Part shown: positions 16,350-26,639 of the stretch, piece by piece
Position numbering within the stretch: the first letter of the stretch is position 1
Layout: each line of letters opens with the position of its first letter
Source of the DNA: an uncultured Methylotenera sp.
GTDB taxonomy: Bacteria > Pseudomonadota > Gammaproteobacteria > Burkholderiales > Methylophilaceae
Length of the DNA stretch: 64,000 nucleotides
Direction: 5' to 3'
NCBI GenBank assembly: GCA_964400215.1
Contig: CAYNSY010000005.1
Span: 17,943 to 81,942 of the forward strand
Notes under the pieces: model-generated
What the model was told of the DNA's origin: nothing
The model's database searches: none
What the model saw: the letters and a program-made list of their open reading frames with translations, nothing else
Program-made: the position numbers and the translations under genes

Positions 16350-16922
16350 TTACTTAGTATGCAATTTTAACATTGCCTGTTCAAAATCCCCGCTTAAGAG
16401 CTGCGGGATAATTTGCATGCTTTTATCTATGCAGCCATCTATGGCGCTTTGTTCGTCTTTGGTCGGGGCTTTAAGCACGAAGTTAACCACTTCGTTTCTG
16501 TCGCCTGGGTGGCCTATGCCTAAGCGTAAGCGCCAAAATTCCGGTGTGCCTAAAGCGGCGGTAATGTCTTTCAAGCCATTGTGGCCGCCGTGGCCGCCGG
16601 CTTTTTTAAGTTTGACCGTGCCTGCCGGTATGTCCAATTCGTCGTGGATCACCAGGATTTGCTCGGGCAGAATTTTGTAGTAATTGGCCAAGGCGGCGAC
16701 CGCTTTGCCGCTGGCGTTCATGAAGGTGTTGGGCTTTTGTAACCAGGTGTCGTTGTTCTGGCCTAGTTTGCCTACCTGGGCTAAAAATTTGCTATCGAGT
16801 TTAAGCGGGCTGTTGCTGCTGGCCGCCAATTGGTCTATCCACCAAAAGCCGGCATTGTGCCGGGTGGCTTCGTATTGACCGCCGGGGTTACCGAGGCCGA
16901 CAAACAGTTTGATGTTGGTCAT
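16350..16922 (-). CDS. pth: Peptidyl-tRNA hydrolase
   Basis: IKLFVGLGNPGGQYEATRHNAGFW. I use the start at 16922 (MTNIKLF) because the longer track start overlaps the upstream terminator. Confidence 0.93.
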   Translation of the reverse strand: MTNIKLFVGLGNPGGQYEATRHNAGFWWIDQLAASSNSPLKLDSKFLAQVGKLGQNNDTWLQKPNTFMNASGKAVAALANYYKILPEQILVIHDELDIPAGTVKLKKAGGHGGHNGLKDITAALGTPEFWRLRLGIGHPGDRNEVVNFVLKAPTKDEQSAIDGCIDKSMQIIPQLLSGDFEQAMLKLHTK

Positions 16923-16937
16923 GGCGTTATAGTAGCA

Positions 16938-16971
16938 ATAAAAAACGCGCACTTCATTAGAAAGTGCGCGT
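16938..16971 (-). terminator. Hairpin plus U-tract between rplY and pth
   Basis: On the minus strand, ACGCGCACTT-loop-AAGTGCGCGT is followed by TTTTTT. Confidence 0.65.
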
Positions 16972-16999
16972 TGTTGGTCATGCTTAAACTTGAATCGAC

Positions 17000-17641
17000 T
17001 TAAGCGTCTGCGGCTGGTGTGGCTGCAGGTGCGGCCGCTTCAGCTGTTTCGGCTGTTGCTTCAGATACGCTACCGCGTGTTTTAGCAATCGATACCACTG
17101 CTGCATCGTCACCGTGGGCTAATTGCACAAAGCTCACGCCTTTTGGTAGGGCGATTTGTGATAAGTGGATAGAGTGACCCATTTCCAATTTCGCTACATC
17201 GACTTCAACGAACTCTGGCAAATCTTTTGCCAAGCAGCTTACATCGGCTTCAGTGAAAATGTGAGCAACGATACCGCCGCTTAATTTAACGCCTGGGGCA
17301 ATGTCGCCGTTGATAAAGTGGAATGGCACTTTAACGTGGATTTTTTCTGTGGCACTGACGCGTTGAAAATCAACGTGTTGAATGCTGTTGCGCACTGGGT
17401 GCATTTGGAAGTCGCGTAGCAATACGCTTTCTTTTTTACCGTCTAGGTTTAGGTTTAGCACAGATGCGTGGAACGCTTCGTGGCGGAACTCTAAAAATAG
17501 CTCTTTAGCGTCTAACTCTATGGTTACCGCTTCTTTACCTGCGCCATACACTACACCTGGCACAGAACCTGCGTGACGTAGACGGCGGCTCGCACCCGTA
17601 CCTTTAGCATCACGTTTTACTGCTTTAATTTCGATGGTCAT
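17000..17641 (-). CDS. rplY: 50S ribosomal protein L25/general stress protein Ctc
   Basis: RDAKGTGASRRLRHAGSVPGVVYG, the long Ctc-type C-terminal domain, and an Ala-rich tail. Confidence 0.9.
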   Translation of the reverse strand: MTIEIKAVKRDAKGTGASRRLRHAGSVPGVVYGAGKEAVTIELDAKELFLEFRHEAFHASVLNLNLDGKKESVLLRDFQMHPVRNSIQHVDFQRVSATEKIHVKVPFHFINGDIAPGVKLSGGIVAHIFTEADVSCLAKDLPEFVEVDVAKLEMGHSIHLSQIALPKGVSFVQLAHGDDAAVVSIAKTRGSVSEATAETAEAAAPAATPAADA

Positions 17642-17735
17642 TTTACTGCTCCTAAATTTACTACTAGGCTTTCGACAGCCTTCCTACACTAAAAACTGCA
17701 CACCGCGACCAGTGTGCAGGGATAAAAACCGTTAA

Positions 17736-18686
17736 TTAATCCATGAACAATGAAGACACGGAATCTTCACTGCTGATGCGGCGTATGGTTTCTGCTAATA
17801 ATTCAGCAGCACTTAATGCGCGTATTTTTTTGCAATTGGCCGATTCTTCGCCCAAAGCGATGGTGTTAGTCACCACCAATTCATCCAATTCTGAGGCCAT
17901 GATACGGGCCGCTGCGCCACCGGATAAGACCGGGTGGGTGGCGTAGGCGATGACTTTTTTCGCGCCGTGTTTTTTCAAAGCGGCGGCGGCTTCGCACAAT
18001 GTGTTCGCTGTGTCGACCATGTCATCCATGATCACGCAGGTACGGCCGGAAACATCGCCTATGATGTTCATCACTTTAGCCACGTTAGGTTTAGGACGGC
18101 GTTTGTCGATAATCGCCAAGTCTGAGCCTAATTGTTTAGCAGCAGCACGGGCACGCACCACACCACCTACATCCGGTGACACCACCATCAAGTTGTCGTG
18201 GTTTTGCAATAACAAATCGGCCAATAAAATCGGCGTGGCGTAAATGTTGTCTACCGGAATATCAAAAAAGCCTTGAATTTGATCCGAGTGCAAATCCATG
18301 GTCAGTAAGCGGTTCACGCCTACCCCGGTGAGCATATTGGCCACCACCTTAGCGGTAATGGCCACGCGTGCTGAGCGTGGACGGCGGTCTTGCCGTGAAT
18401 AACCAAAGTAGGGAATCGCAGCCGTGATACGACCGGCCGATGAACGGCGCAGTGCATCCACCATCACCATGACTTCCATTAGGCTGTCGTTGGTTGGGTG
18501 GCTGGTCGATTGCAAGACAAACACATCGCGACCACGCACATTTTCTAACAGTTCCACGGTGGTTTCACCGTCGCTGAAGGTGCCGACGTGCGCGCGACCT
18601 AGCTCTATGCCCAAGTGCTTAGCGACTTGTTCTGCTAAAGCTGGGTTGGCTGAGCCGGTAAAGACCATCAAGTTGCCGTTAGACAT
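17736..18686 (-). CDS. prs: Ribose-phosphate pyrophosphokinase
   Basis: [25 protein letters not shown].. and [19 protein letters not shown]. The start is likely M14 of the track ORF (18686); the track start is 18725. Confidence 0.93.
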   Translation of the reverse strand: MSNGNLMVFTGSANPALAEQVAKHLGIELGRAHVGTFSDGETTVELLENVRGRDVFVLQSTSHPTNDSLMEVMVMVDALRRSSAGRITAAIPYFGYSRQDRRPRSARVAITAKVVANMLTGVGVNRLLTMDLHSDQIQGFFDIPVDNIYATPILLADLLLQNHDNLMVVSPDVGGVVRARAAAKQLGSDLAIIDKRRPKPNVAKVMNIIGDVSGRTCVIMDDMVDTANTLCEAAAALKKHGAKKVIAYATHPVLSGGAAARIMASELDELVVTNTIALGEESANCKKIRALSAAELLAETIRRISSEDSVSSLFMD

Positions 18687-18827
18687 CTGTTGATTCCCTG
18701 TCGTGCCGACGTATGCCGGCATCAAACTGTCAATAAAAATGCATAAAAAATAAAAGCGCGTAAATCAAATAATCTACACGCTTTTTACTTGCTACCATGC
18801 AGGCTGAAGGCCTGCACTTAAAGAATT

Positions 18828-18904
18828 TGGCTGAGGAGGAAGGACTCGAACCTTCGGATGCTGGGATCAAAACCCAGTGCCTTAACCAACTTGGCGACTC
18901 CCCA
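18828..18904 (-). tRNA. tRNA-Gln (anticodon TTG)
   Basis: The sequence is TGGGGAG TC GCCA AGTTGGTTA AGGC A CTGGG TTTTGAT CCCAG CATCC GAAGG TTCGAGT CCTTC CTCCTCA G CCA. The cloverleaf has U1-A72, as is usual for tRNA-Gln. Confidence 0.9.
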
Positions 18905-18921
18905 ATTGTTAATCAAACTGT

Positions 18922-19815
18922 TTAATCGGACGCGTAGTCGATTAATGGGTGTTGATTCAACCCGTTTGCGACAAAACTTTGCACGGCAAAGCCCAGGACT
19001 TGCGCTGGATTTTGTTGGCAGATTTCATGCGCTATTTTTTCATTGGCCACTTCGACAAACACCGAGGCACCTGAGCCGCTCATTCTGGCATCACCAAATT
19101 GCTTAAGCCAGGTTAAACAAGCTGATACGGCTGGGTAATCGTTGCAAACCGCTTTTTCAAGCACGTTAATAAATTCAGTGTTGTTCACTAAATTGACTGA
19201 CGCTGTGTTTGCAGCCCTTGAAAAGTCCGACATTGTCTTAGGAATAGCATTTTTTGTCAATTGCTTATTGGCAAATATTTGCGCGGTAGAGACATGCACA
19301 TTGGGGCTTAGCAGCAAGTAGTGCGCCGGCGCTAAAGAAATGCTTTGCAGTTGCTCGCCCACCCCTTCGGCCCAAGCATTTTTACCGTGGATGAAGAAGG
19401 GCACATCGGCGCCCAGTTGCAAACCCAAGGCCAATAATTCGCTGCGCTTTAGCTGGCATTGCCATAAGCGGTTTAAGGCCAACAGTACCGTGGCGGCATC
19501 CGAGCTGCCACCGCCTAAGCCGCCGCCCATGGGGATGCGTTTTTCCACTAGGATGTCTACGCCTAAGCTGACGCCGGTGTATTGTTGCAGCAAACGGGCC
19601 GCGCGCACGCACAAATCTTGCTCGGCCGGTACGCCGGCGATGTCGTTCACGCGCCGAATCAAGCCGTCTTGGGTCACTTTAAGCTTGATGGTGTCGTAGA
19701 CATCCAACAGCCGAAAAACCGTTTGCAATAGGTGGTAGCCATCGGCGCGTTGGCCGGTGATGTGCAAAAATAAATTGATTTTTGCCGGGGCTAAAAAAGT
19801 TTGAAAATCTTGCAT
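18922..19815 (-). CDS. ispE: 4-diphosphocytidyl-2-C-methyl-D-erythritol kinase
   Basis: APAKINLFLHITGQRADGYH, the GHMP kinase motif PMGGGLGGGSSDAA, and synteny with lolB and prs. Confidence 0.92.
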   Translation of the reverse strand: MQDFQTFLAPAKINLFLHITGQRADGYHLLQTVFRLLDVYDTIKLKVTQDGLIRRVNDIAGVPAEQDLCVRAARLLQQYTGVSLGVDILVEKRIPMGGGLGGGSSDAATVLLALNRLWQCQLKRSELLALGLQLGADVPFFIHGKNAWAEGVGEQLQSISLAPAHYLLLSPNVHVSTAQIFANKQLTKNAIPKTMSDFSRAANTASVNLVNNTEFINVLEKAVCNDYPAVSACLTWLKQFGDARMSGSGASVFVEVANEKIAHEICQQNPAQVLGFAVQSFVANGLNQHPLIDYASD

Positions 19816-19871
19816 GGCGGCATTTTATCAGATAGTTGGCAAAGGCTGCGGCTAGAGGCCGGCTGGGCGTT

Positions 19872-20480
19872 TTATTCTAGGGTCCATTTTTCCACGACGA
19901 GTTTCAATTGCACGCGTTGGTTTTTAAGGGCGATTTTATGCGGCAACAGCTGCCCGTTGTTGGTTTGGTAGCCTTGGTAAGTTATCACCCAATCGGCTTC
20001 GTTTAGGCTGCTGCTTAGGCCGGCTTCGTCCCAAGTTTGGCTAGCCATGGCGGCGTTGGCAGGTCGGCTTAACACCCAGTCGGCTAAGCCATTGAGCGGT
20101 AAGCGCCAACCCAATACCCCTTGCGTCAGGCTCTCGGCGTCTTTGCCAGAAAATACCCGACCTTGGGCATCTTCCAGGTTAATGCCGCGGGCATTCTTTT
20201 GGATGTGCGCCAGTTGGCTGCCTAAAGGCGAATAGAGACGGATGTCGTCTTGGCTGTCGCTGTGCTGCCACAGCAACGAAGCCGAATAGCCTTTGCCATC
20301 GGCTTGCACGCCTAAGCGGCCCTGCAGGCTAAATTGTTGGATGCGCGCTAGGTTGCTTTGCTGCTGCTGGTGCAGCCTTAGGTTTTCCGGCGTTTGCTTG
20401 GGCGCACTAGTGGGCACGCTGCTGCAAGCGGCCAAGATGGCTAGCAGGCAAAACGACAGGGTTGCGCGTAGAAAATGCAT
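19872..20480 (-). CDS. lolB: Outer-membrane lipoprotein insertion protein LolB
   Basis: Lipobox LAILAAC-S, about 200 aa, and the conserved position upstream of ispE. Confidence 0.8.
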   Translation of the reverse strand: MHFLRATLSFCLLAILAACSSVPTSAPKQTPENLRLHQQQQSNLARIQQFSLQGRLGVQADGKGYSASLLWQHSDSQDDIRLYSPLGSQLAHIQKNARGINLEDAQGRVFSGKDAESLTQGVLGWRLPLNGLADWVLSRPANAAMASQTWDEAGLSSSLNEADWVITYQGYQTNNGQLLPHKIALKNQRVQLKLVVEKWTLE

Positions 20481-20498
20481 GGGCGGCCGACTGCCTAC

Positions 20499-22409
20499 TT
20501 AGGGTTTAAATTTATTGCGCGTGGTTTTGAGCAATTCGTTGTCCGGGTAGCTGCGTAAAGCATCATCTAGCAGTGCATTGGCCTGATCGCGCTGGCCTTG
20601 TTGCCACAATACCTCGCCCCAATGCGCGGCAATTTCCGGGTCCGGGTTCAATTGGTAGGCTTGCTGCAAGTACTTTGCCGCTAGGTTTAAATCGCCTTTG
20701 CGGTAGTGCACCCAACCCAAGCTGTCTAGCATGTAATGGTCATTTGGGCTGAGGCTTAAGGCTTTTTCTATCAGGCTTAAGGCTTCGTTTAGCTTGATGT
20801 TGCGGTCGGCAAATGAATAGCCCAAGGCATTGTAGGCGGCGGCAAAATTGGGCATGGCGGCGATGGCTTTGCGTAGCTCGGCTTCCATCAGCTCAAACTT
20901 TTGTAAGCGCTCGGCGGCCAAAGCATAGTCGTAAACCAGATCGGCGGTATTGGGTAAGTTTTTCACGGCTTTGTCTAGCAAATCAAACGCTTCTTGGTGG
21001 CGATTTGCTTTTACCAAGAGCGAGGCTTCGCTTTGTATGACGATGATTTGTTGCTGGGCGCTTAAGTTTTCTAGGCTATCTAATTTATCGATGGCTTTGT
21101 CCACTTCCCCACCACGGGCGATTAGGGTGGCTGCATTGACCTGCGCTTCTAGGTAATGCTGGCCGGGCGCCACTTTGTTGTACCAACTTAAGCTGGCGTC
21201 AGGGCGATTCAATTTCTCATTTACTTGGCCCAAGTAGAGGTGGATTTGATCCGCGTCTTTGAAGCCTAATATAAGGGCGTCTTGAAAGTAGCTTTCGGCA
21301 GCCGGGTAATCGCCAGCTTGGTAGGACAGCAAGCCAATAATGGCAGTGACTTCGGCGAAGTTTTTAGCGTCGGCTTGTTTGGCGTTGGCGAGCAAGATGG
21401 GGAAGTGCGTTTTGGCTTGCTCGTATTGTTTTTGGCTAACCAGCAGCTTGGCCATATTTAAACGAATTTCGTTGGCGTCGCTGTGTTGGTCAAGAAAAGC
21501 TTGGTAGAAGCTAATGGCTGCTGCCGGGTTTTGTTCGAACAGCACTTGGCCTTTCAGTAAGGCGGCAATCGGCCAATCGGGTTTGAGCGCTTCAGCTTGG
21601 TTTAAGGCGGCTAAGGCCACGCTGTCTTTTTGCGCGGCCCAGGCGGCTTGGCCAATGGCAAACTGGGCCTCGGCCAAGTCTGGGTATGGATTAGCCAGCG
21701 CTTGCACCAAGCTTAATACGGCAGCTTTGTCTGGGTTGCGGCTAAGCAAGGTGCTTAGGTATAAAAACCCACCGGCACGGGTTTCTTCTTTAAGAAACAA
21801 TTGTGCCAAGTAAGGCTGGGCTTCTTTCAATTTGCCTGAGCTCACCAGTATTTCGGTCATGGCTTGCTGGGCTTCGTTAGAGCTGGGGTCCAATTCGGCC
21901 CATAGTTTCACGGCGGGTATGGTCAAGCTGCTGACATTGCCGTAAGCCGACACTTTGGCAGCGCGTTCGGCTAAGCCGGGGTTGCGCGTGGTTTTGGCTA
22001 GCTCGTAAAAGATGGTGCCTGAGGTGGCTAAATCGCCACGCTGGCCAGCCACTTCTGCGACTAAGTAACGGTAAACAAACTCGGCCGTTGAGGCGTCCTC
22101 GGGGTTGATTTTGGTTTGGATAGTTTGGCTGTGGTAGCCGCCATTGCTCGCGCACGCGCTCAAGACTAAGCTGCTTACCAGCAAACTCCGTGTTAAGCCG
22201 TGCATTAATGCAGGCAGAATACGCTGGCGATACGCTAAGAGGGAGGTGTTTAAATTTGTTGTTGGACGCATAAGTTGGGCATAGCAATGTAAGGTTAAAG
22301 TAGCATACTGCCATGCACTGGCAAAGCTTGGCATTTTTTTTGTTTTAGCTGTTGTCTGGTTGAGCCTTAATAACAGGGCTAGTAAATTTAGCCTCATTAT
22401 AAACGGCAT
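20499..22409 (-). CDS. Tetratricopeptide-repeat (TPR) lipoprotein
   Basis: Multiple TPR-like repeats lie upstream of lolB, as in many proteobacteria. The true start is probably internal (ATG at 22205 or 22271), giving the signal MHGLTRSLLVSSLVLSAC. Confidence 0.7.
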   Translation of the reverse strand: MPFIMRLNLLALLLRLNQTTAKTKKMPSFASAWQYATLTLHCYAQLMRPTTNLNTSLLAYRQRILPALMHGLTRSLLVSSLVLSACASNGGYHSQTIQTKINPEDASTAEFVYRYLVAEVAGQRGDLATSGTIFYELAKTTRNPGLAERAAKVSAYGNVSSLTIPAVKLWAELDPSSNEAQQAMTEILVSSGKLKEAQPYLAQLFLKEETRAGGFLYLSTLLSRNPDKAAVLSLVQALANPYPDLAEAQFAIGQAAWAAQKDSVALAALNQAEALKPDWPIAALLKGQVLFEQNPAAAISFYQAFLDQHSDANEIRLNMAKLLVSQKQYEQAKTHFPILLANAKQADAKNFAEVTAIIGLLSYQAGDYPAAESYFQDALILGFKDADQIHLYLGQVNEKLNRPDASLSWYNKVAPGQHYLEAQVNAATLIARGGEVDKAIDKLDSLENLSAQQQIIVIQSEASLLVKANRHQEAFDLLDKAVKNLPNTADLVYDYALAAERLQKFELMEAELRKAIAAMPNFAAAYNALGYSFADRNIKLNEALSLIEKALSLSPNDHYMLDSLGWVHYRKGDLNLAAKYLQQAYQLNPDPEIAAHWGEVLWQQGQRDQANALLDDALRSYPDNELLKTTRNKFKP

Positions 22410-22572
22410 TTCTTAGTGCGTGACAGTTGGCGCAAGTTCCCACATAATTACGCGTGGGTTAGTCATTGCGCCAGAAATTTTCTGTTATGCTCCCTTAAGA
22501 ATTACGCCAGCATTGCCTGGCAGCGGTTGGCCATCATTATTTTTTGTAATGCGTTTTTTGAATTGAGTGACT

Positions 22573-23508
22573 ATGAATGATTTTACAGTAGAGGCCATCG
22601 GTCTTACGCGCCTTTATGGCGGCAGAGAAGCCGTCAGCAATGTCAGTTTTAATTTAAGCAAAGGCCAGGTCTTGGGTTTTCTCGGTCCCAACGGGGCAGG
22701 CAAATCCACTACCATGAAAATGTTGACTGGCAATTTGGCGCCAAGTAACGGCAGCGTCAAAATCTGCGGCATCGACATGATGGAAAATCCCAAAGAAGCC
22801 AAAGCACTGATCGGCTACTTGCCGGAAATGCGTCCCTTATATAAAGAGTTGACGGTGGATGAGTATTTGACCATCGCGGCTAGGTTGCACCGTGTCAGCG
22901 GCGCCAACATTAAAAAAGCCGTCGAGCAGGCTAAAGAGCGCTGCGGTTTAGGCCACATGAGCAAGCGCTTGATCGAAAACTTATCCAACGGTTACCAACA
23001 ACGCGTGGGCATTGCCCAGGCCATCATACACAACCCCATGGTGGTGATTTTGGATGAGCCCACCGTGGGCTTGGACCCGATACAAATTCGCGACATTCGC
23101 GCCTTGATTCGTGAAGTCGGCAGCGAGCGTAGCGTCATTATTTCTACCCACATTTTGCCTGAAGTGGAAATGGTCTGCGATCATGTGCAGATTATTGATA
23201 AGGGCAAGCTGGTGTTCAATGGCGCCATCGATGTGCTGAAAAAACAACGCATAGGCAACAAGTTGTTAATCGCCATGAACAAGCCACCGAAAGCGGCTGA
23301 ACTGTTGAAAATTGCTGGCGTGGAAGAGGCCGAAAGCGTGTCTGACCAATTAATGCGCGTGCGCTTTGTCGAAGGTGCCACCCCGGCTGAAGCCATTGTG
23401 CAAGCGGCCGTGGCTAAAGGTTGGGGTTTATACCAAATTGGCCCAGACCAAACCAGCTTAGAAGACGTGTTTGTGCAGTTGACTTACCAAGAACAAGCCG
23501 CGGCTTAA
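22573..23508 (+). CDS. ABC transporter ATP-binding protein (GldA-like)
   Basis: Walker A GPNGAGKST, signature LSNGYQQRV, Walker B VVILDEPTVGLD. Confidence 0.9.
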   Translation: MNDFTVEAIGLTRLYGGREAVSNVSFNLSKGQVLGFLGPNGAGKSTTMKMLTGNLAPSNGSVKICGIDMMENPKEAKALIGYLPEMRPLYKELTVDEYLTIAARLHRVSGANIKKAVEQAKERCGLGHMSKRLIENLSNGYQQRVGIAQAIIHNPMVVILDEPTVGLDPIQIRDIRALIREVGSERSVIISTHILPEVEMVCDHVQIIDKGKLVFNGAIDVLKKQRIGNKLLIAMNKPPKAAELLKIAGVEEAESVSDQLMRVRFVEGATPAEAIVQAAVAKGWGLYQIGPDQTSLEDVFVQLTYQEQAAA

Positions 23509-23517
23509 GGAACCCTC

Positions 23518-24264
23518 ATGATTATTAATGTAGCAAGAAAAGAACTAAAAAGTATGTTTGCCTCGCCCATGGGTTGGGTGATTTTAGCCTTGTTGATGTT
23601 CTCGTTTGGGACTTATTACCTGAATGGCGTTAACGATTACTTTGCCGTGATGTCAGGCGCCATGCGTCCTGCTGAGCGCACTGGGGTGACCCAGTTTGTT
23701 GGGCAAAATGTCTATGGCTTTGCTTCCTTCATGGTGTTGTTTGCCGTGCCATTGTTGTCCATGCGTTTGATTTCTGAAGAACGCCGCAGCCAAACCCTGC
23801 CCTTCCTATTCAGTGCGCCTTTGTCCTTAACTGAAATCGTCTTGGGTAAATTTTTAGGTTTGGTGGCCTTCTTGAGCATATTGGTGGTTTACATAGGCGC
23901 CATGTTGTCTACCCTGAATATTTGGGCGGACATTGATTTTGGTTTTATCGTGGCTAACTCCATCGGTTTGTTATTGATGGTGGCCAGCTTTTCTGCGCTT
24001 GGTTTGTATTTTTCCAGCATCACACAACAGCCTGTGGTGGCGGCAATTCTGACCTTTATCGCTTTGTTTGCCTTGATGTTTTTGGACCGTTTTTTTGCCG
24101 GTGACCCAAGCAACACTTTGGCCAGCTTGTCCTTAACCCGTCACTTCCAATCGTTTGCCGGCGGTTTGATTGATACGGCAGACATCGCTTATTTCGGCTT
24201 ATTTATAGCCAGCTTTTTAACTTTAACCGTGCGTCGCTTGGATGCCGACCGCTTGCGTGGTTAA
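23518..24264 (+). CDS. ABC-2 type permease (GldF-like)
   Basis: A six-helix hydrophobic protein that directly follows the ATPase. Confidence 0.75.
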   Translation: MIINVARKELKSMFASPMGWVILALLMFSFGTYYLNGVNDYFAVMSGAMRPAERTGVTQFVGQNVYGFASFMVLFAVPLLSMRLISEERRSQTLPFLFSAPLSLTEIVLGKFLGLVAFLSILVVYIGAMLSTLNIWADIDFGFIVANSIGLLLMVASFSALGLYFSSITQQPVVAAILTFIALFALMFLDRFFAGDPSNTLASLSLTRHFQSFAGGLIDTADIAYFGLFIASFLTLTVRRLDADRLRG

Positions 24265-24310
24265 GGCTTTTTTATAGTGTTAGCCCTTGTGAAATTTTAG
24301 GCCGGATGAA

Positions 24311-25696
24311 ATGAATATTAATCGTAAATTGCGTTTTCAACTTTTAGTGCAAAACAGTTTCTTTGTCGTGCTGTTCTTAATGCTGGTGGTCTTGCTTGGC
24401 TATTTGGCTAGCCAATACCATGTGGCTAAAGACATTACCCAAGCCAACCGTAACATCTTGACGCAAGGCAGTGTCAATGTGCTCAAGCAAATGAAAGAGC
24501 CCATTAACATTACCGTGTTTGCGACCAAAGACGATGCTTCGGGCGGCGACAATTTCCGTAAGGGCATGATCGATTTTATTGCCCGCTACCAACGCGAGAA
24601 AAAGAACGTCAATTTAAAATTCATTAACCCATCGATAGAGCCTAAGTTGGCGCAAGATGCCGGCGTGAAAGAAGACGGCGAAGTGGTGGTGGAATACAAC
24701 AAGCGTTCTGAGCACATTATTCCACCTATCGCTGAGCAAGAAATGACCAATCTATTGGTGCGTTTATCACGCACCAACCAGCAAGCGGTGATGTATTTAG
24801 ACGGCCACGGCGAGCGTAATTTGTTGGGGGTTAAAAACCACGACATCGGTGAGTTTGGTAAACAGTTAGAGAAAAAAGGTTTCAAATTTGCTAACCCGGA
24901 TTTAACCGTGGCTCAAGCGGTGCCAAGCAATGGCGCCATGTTGGTGATAGCCAGCCCGCAAGTGAATGTCAGCGAAGTGGAAGCGAAAAAAATCAAAGCC
25001 TACCTAGAGCGTGGCGGTAATTTACTTTGGTTGTTGGACGACAATAATTTACGCGGTTTGGACTCCGTGGCCGAGTACTTGGGCATGACGGTGTCGCCTG
25101 GTATCGCGCTCGACATGGCCTCAGCGCAATACGGTGCTGATGCGCGTGTGTCTTTTGCTAGCCTGTACGGCGAGCACGCCATTACTAAGAATTTTATGTT
25201 GCGCACCTTGTTTCCAGAAGCGCACCAAGTCACGGCCATGGGCACCGATGAAAACGGTTGGAAAGTCAGCAATTTGGTGGAAGTGGCACCGAATGGCTGG
25301 TTGATGGCAGGCAAGTTAGCTAAAGACGCCAAACCGGAATTCAATGAAAAAACCGACAAACGCGGCCCGATTAATATCGGTGTGGCTTTAGAGCGTATTT
25401 ACGGCAAAAAAGGCCAGCGCGTGGTGGTGATGGGTAACGCTAACTTCTTATCCAACACCTTTATTACCAACGGCGGTAATTTGGATTTAGGCGTCAACAT
25501 CGTCAATTGGTTGGCCGGTGACGATCAGTTAATCACCATACAACCTATGCCGTTGAAAGACATTAATGTGACCATACCGGATAGCGACAGTGGCCGCTTG
25601 GTGGCTTGGACGGTGTTCCATGGCTTCCAGTATTTCCTACCCTTGGCCATGATGCTAGCGGGCTTTTATTTCTGGTGGAAGCGCAGGAAAGCCTAA
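24311..25696 (+). CDS. GldG-like ABC-transporter auxiliary protein
   Basis: N- and C-terminal TM anchors flank a large exported domain. It is the third gene of the ABC-2 operon. Confidence 0.6.
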   Translation: MNINRKLRFQLLVQNSFFVVLFLMLVVLLGYLASQYHVAKDITQANRNILTQGSVNVLKQMKEPINITVFATKDDASGGDNFRKGMIDFIARYQREKKNVNLKFINPSIEPKLAQDAGVKEDGEVVVEYNKRSEHIIPPIAEQEMTNLLVRLSRTNQQAVMYLDGHGERNLLGVKNHDIGEFGKQLEKKGFKFANPDLTVAQAVPSNGAMLVIASPQVNVSEVEAKKIKAYLERGGNLLWLLDDNNLRGLDSVAEYLGMTVSPGIALDMASAQYGADARVSFASLYGEHAITKNFMLRTLFPEAHQVTAMGTDENGWKVSNLVEVAPNGWLMAGKLAKDAKPEFNEKTDKRGPINIGVALERIYGKKGQRVVVMGNANFLSNTFITNGGNLDLGVNIVNWLAGDDQLITIQPMPLKDINVTIPDSDSGRLVAWTVFHGFQYFLPLAMMLAGFYFWWKRRKA

Positions 25697-25737
25697 GGGC
25701 CATCGCTGGTCGCGACCTTGTTTATTTAGAGACAGAC

Positions 25738-26634
25738 ATGAAAAAACGTTGGGTACTTAATTTAATTTTATTGGTTCTGGTGGCAGGCTTGGTGGCTTTT
25801 GTTTATTTGCGCCCCAAAGCCGACACGGAGCAATCGACTAGCCATGAATTAACCAATTACAAGCTGGCTGAATTTAATGCCATACGCGTGGAGTTTCCTG
25901 CGCAGGCGGCCGTGACCTTTGCCAAAGTGGACGGCTATTGGCGCATAACCGCACCGGTTAATATGCGTGCCGATCAAGCGTCGGTGCAGCGTATTTTATC
26001 CATCATAGCGGCGCAATCGACCGATAAAATCAGCGGTGGCGACATGGAGAAGTTCGGCTTAACGACGCCAGAAATTAAGCTCAAGTTAATACGCGATAAA
26101 GACAACGTTGAAGAGTTTGCCTTTGGCACGCACAACCCGGTGACCGAAGAGCAATACGTGGCTCACAGAAACAACGTCTATTTGGTGTCCAACGGCTATG
26201 CGGAAGCGGCAGCCACGCAGTTGATTGAGTTGATCGATAAAGCGCCATTGAAGCCGACGGAAAAAGTGGTGGGCTTTGAGTTTGGTCGTTTGGAACAATG
26301 GCAAGAGACCAACTTAAAAGTCGACATCGTTGATGGTGTTTGGAAATTCTCGATTGCGGCGGCCAAACCACAGCAAAACGAATTGAATGAGTGGTTGGAT
26401 TTTTCATGGATACACAACCCGGCTAAATCGGTGGAGATGTACACGCCAGATCGCAAGCTGACCTACCCCTCGTTTGAAATCAAATTGGCCGACGGCAGCA
26501 AAGTGCATTTTGATAAGGTGCAAGAGTCACCGGATTTAATATTGGCTAGACCGGACGAAGGCTTGATCTACCATTTCCCATCGGATATCGGCTTTAGCAT
26601 GCTGAATCCGCCGCTTAATATCCCCAGTAAATAA
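25738..26634 (+). CDS. DUF4340-like exported protein (fourth gene of the ABC-2 operon)
   Basis: I use the start at ATG 25738 (MKKRWVLNLILLVLVAGLVAF). The track start at 25606 overlaps the preceding gene. Confidence 0.5.
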   Translation: MKKRWVLNLILLVLVAGLVAFVYLRPKADTEQSTSHELTNYKLAEFNAIRVEFPAQAAVTFAKVDGYWRITAPVNMRADQASVQRILSIIAAQSTDKISGGDMEKFGLTTPEIKLKLIRDKDNVEEFAFGTHNPVTEEQYVAHRNNVYLVSNGYAEAAATQLIELIDKAPLKPTEKVVGFEFGRLEQWQETNLKVDIVDGVWKFSIAAAKPQQNELNEWLDFSWIHNPAKSVEMYTPDRKLTYPSFEIKLADGSKVHFDKVQESPDLILARPDEGLIYHFPSDIGFSMLNPPLNIPSK

Positions 26635-26639
26635 ACGCC

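Noticed and set aside
21877-22314. 145-aa minus-strand ORF in another frame of the TPR gene region
   Set aside because: It is an alternative frame of the TPR lipoprotein gene's 5' part. The TPR frame continues for more than 1.7 kb and has repeat structure.
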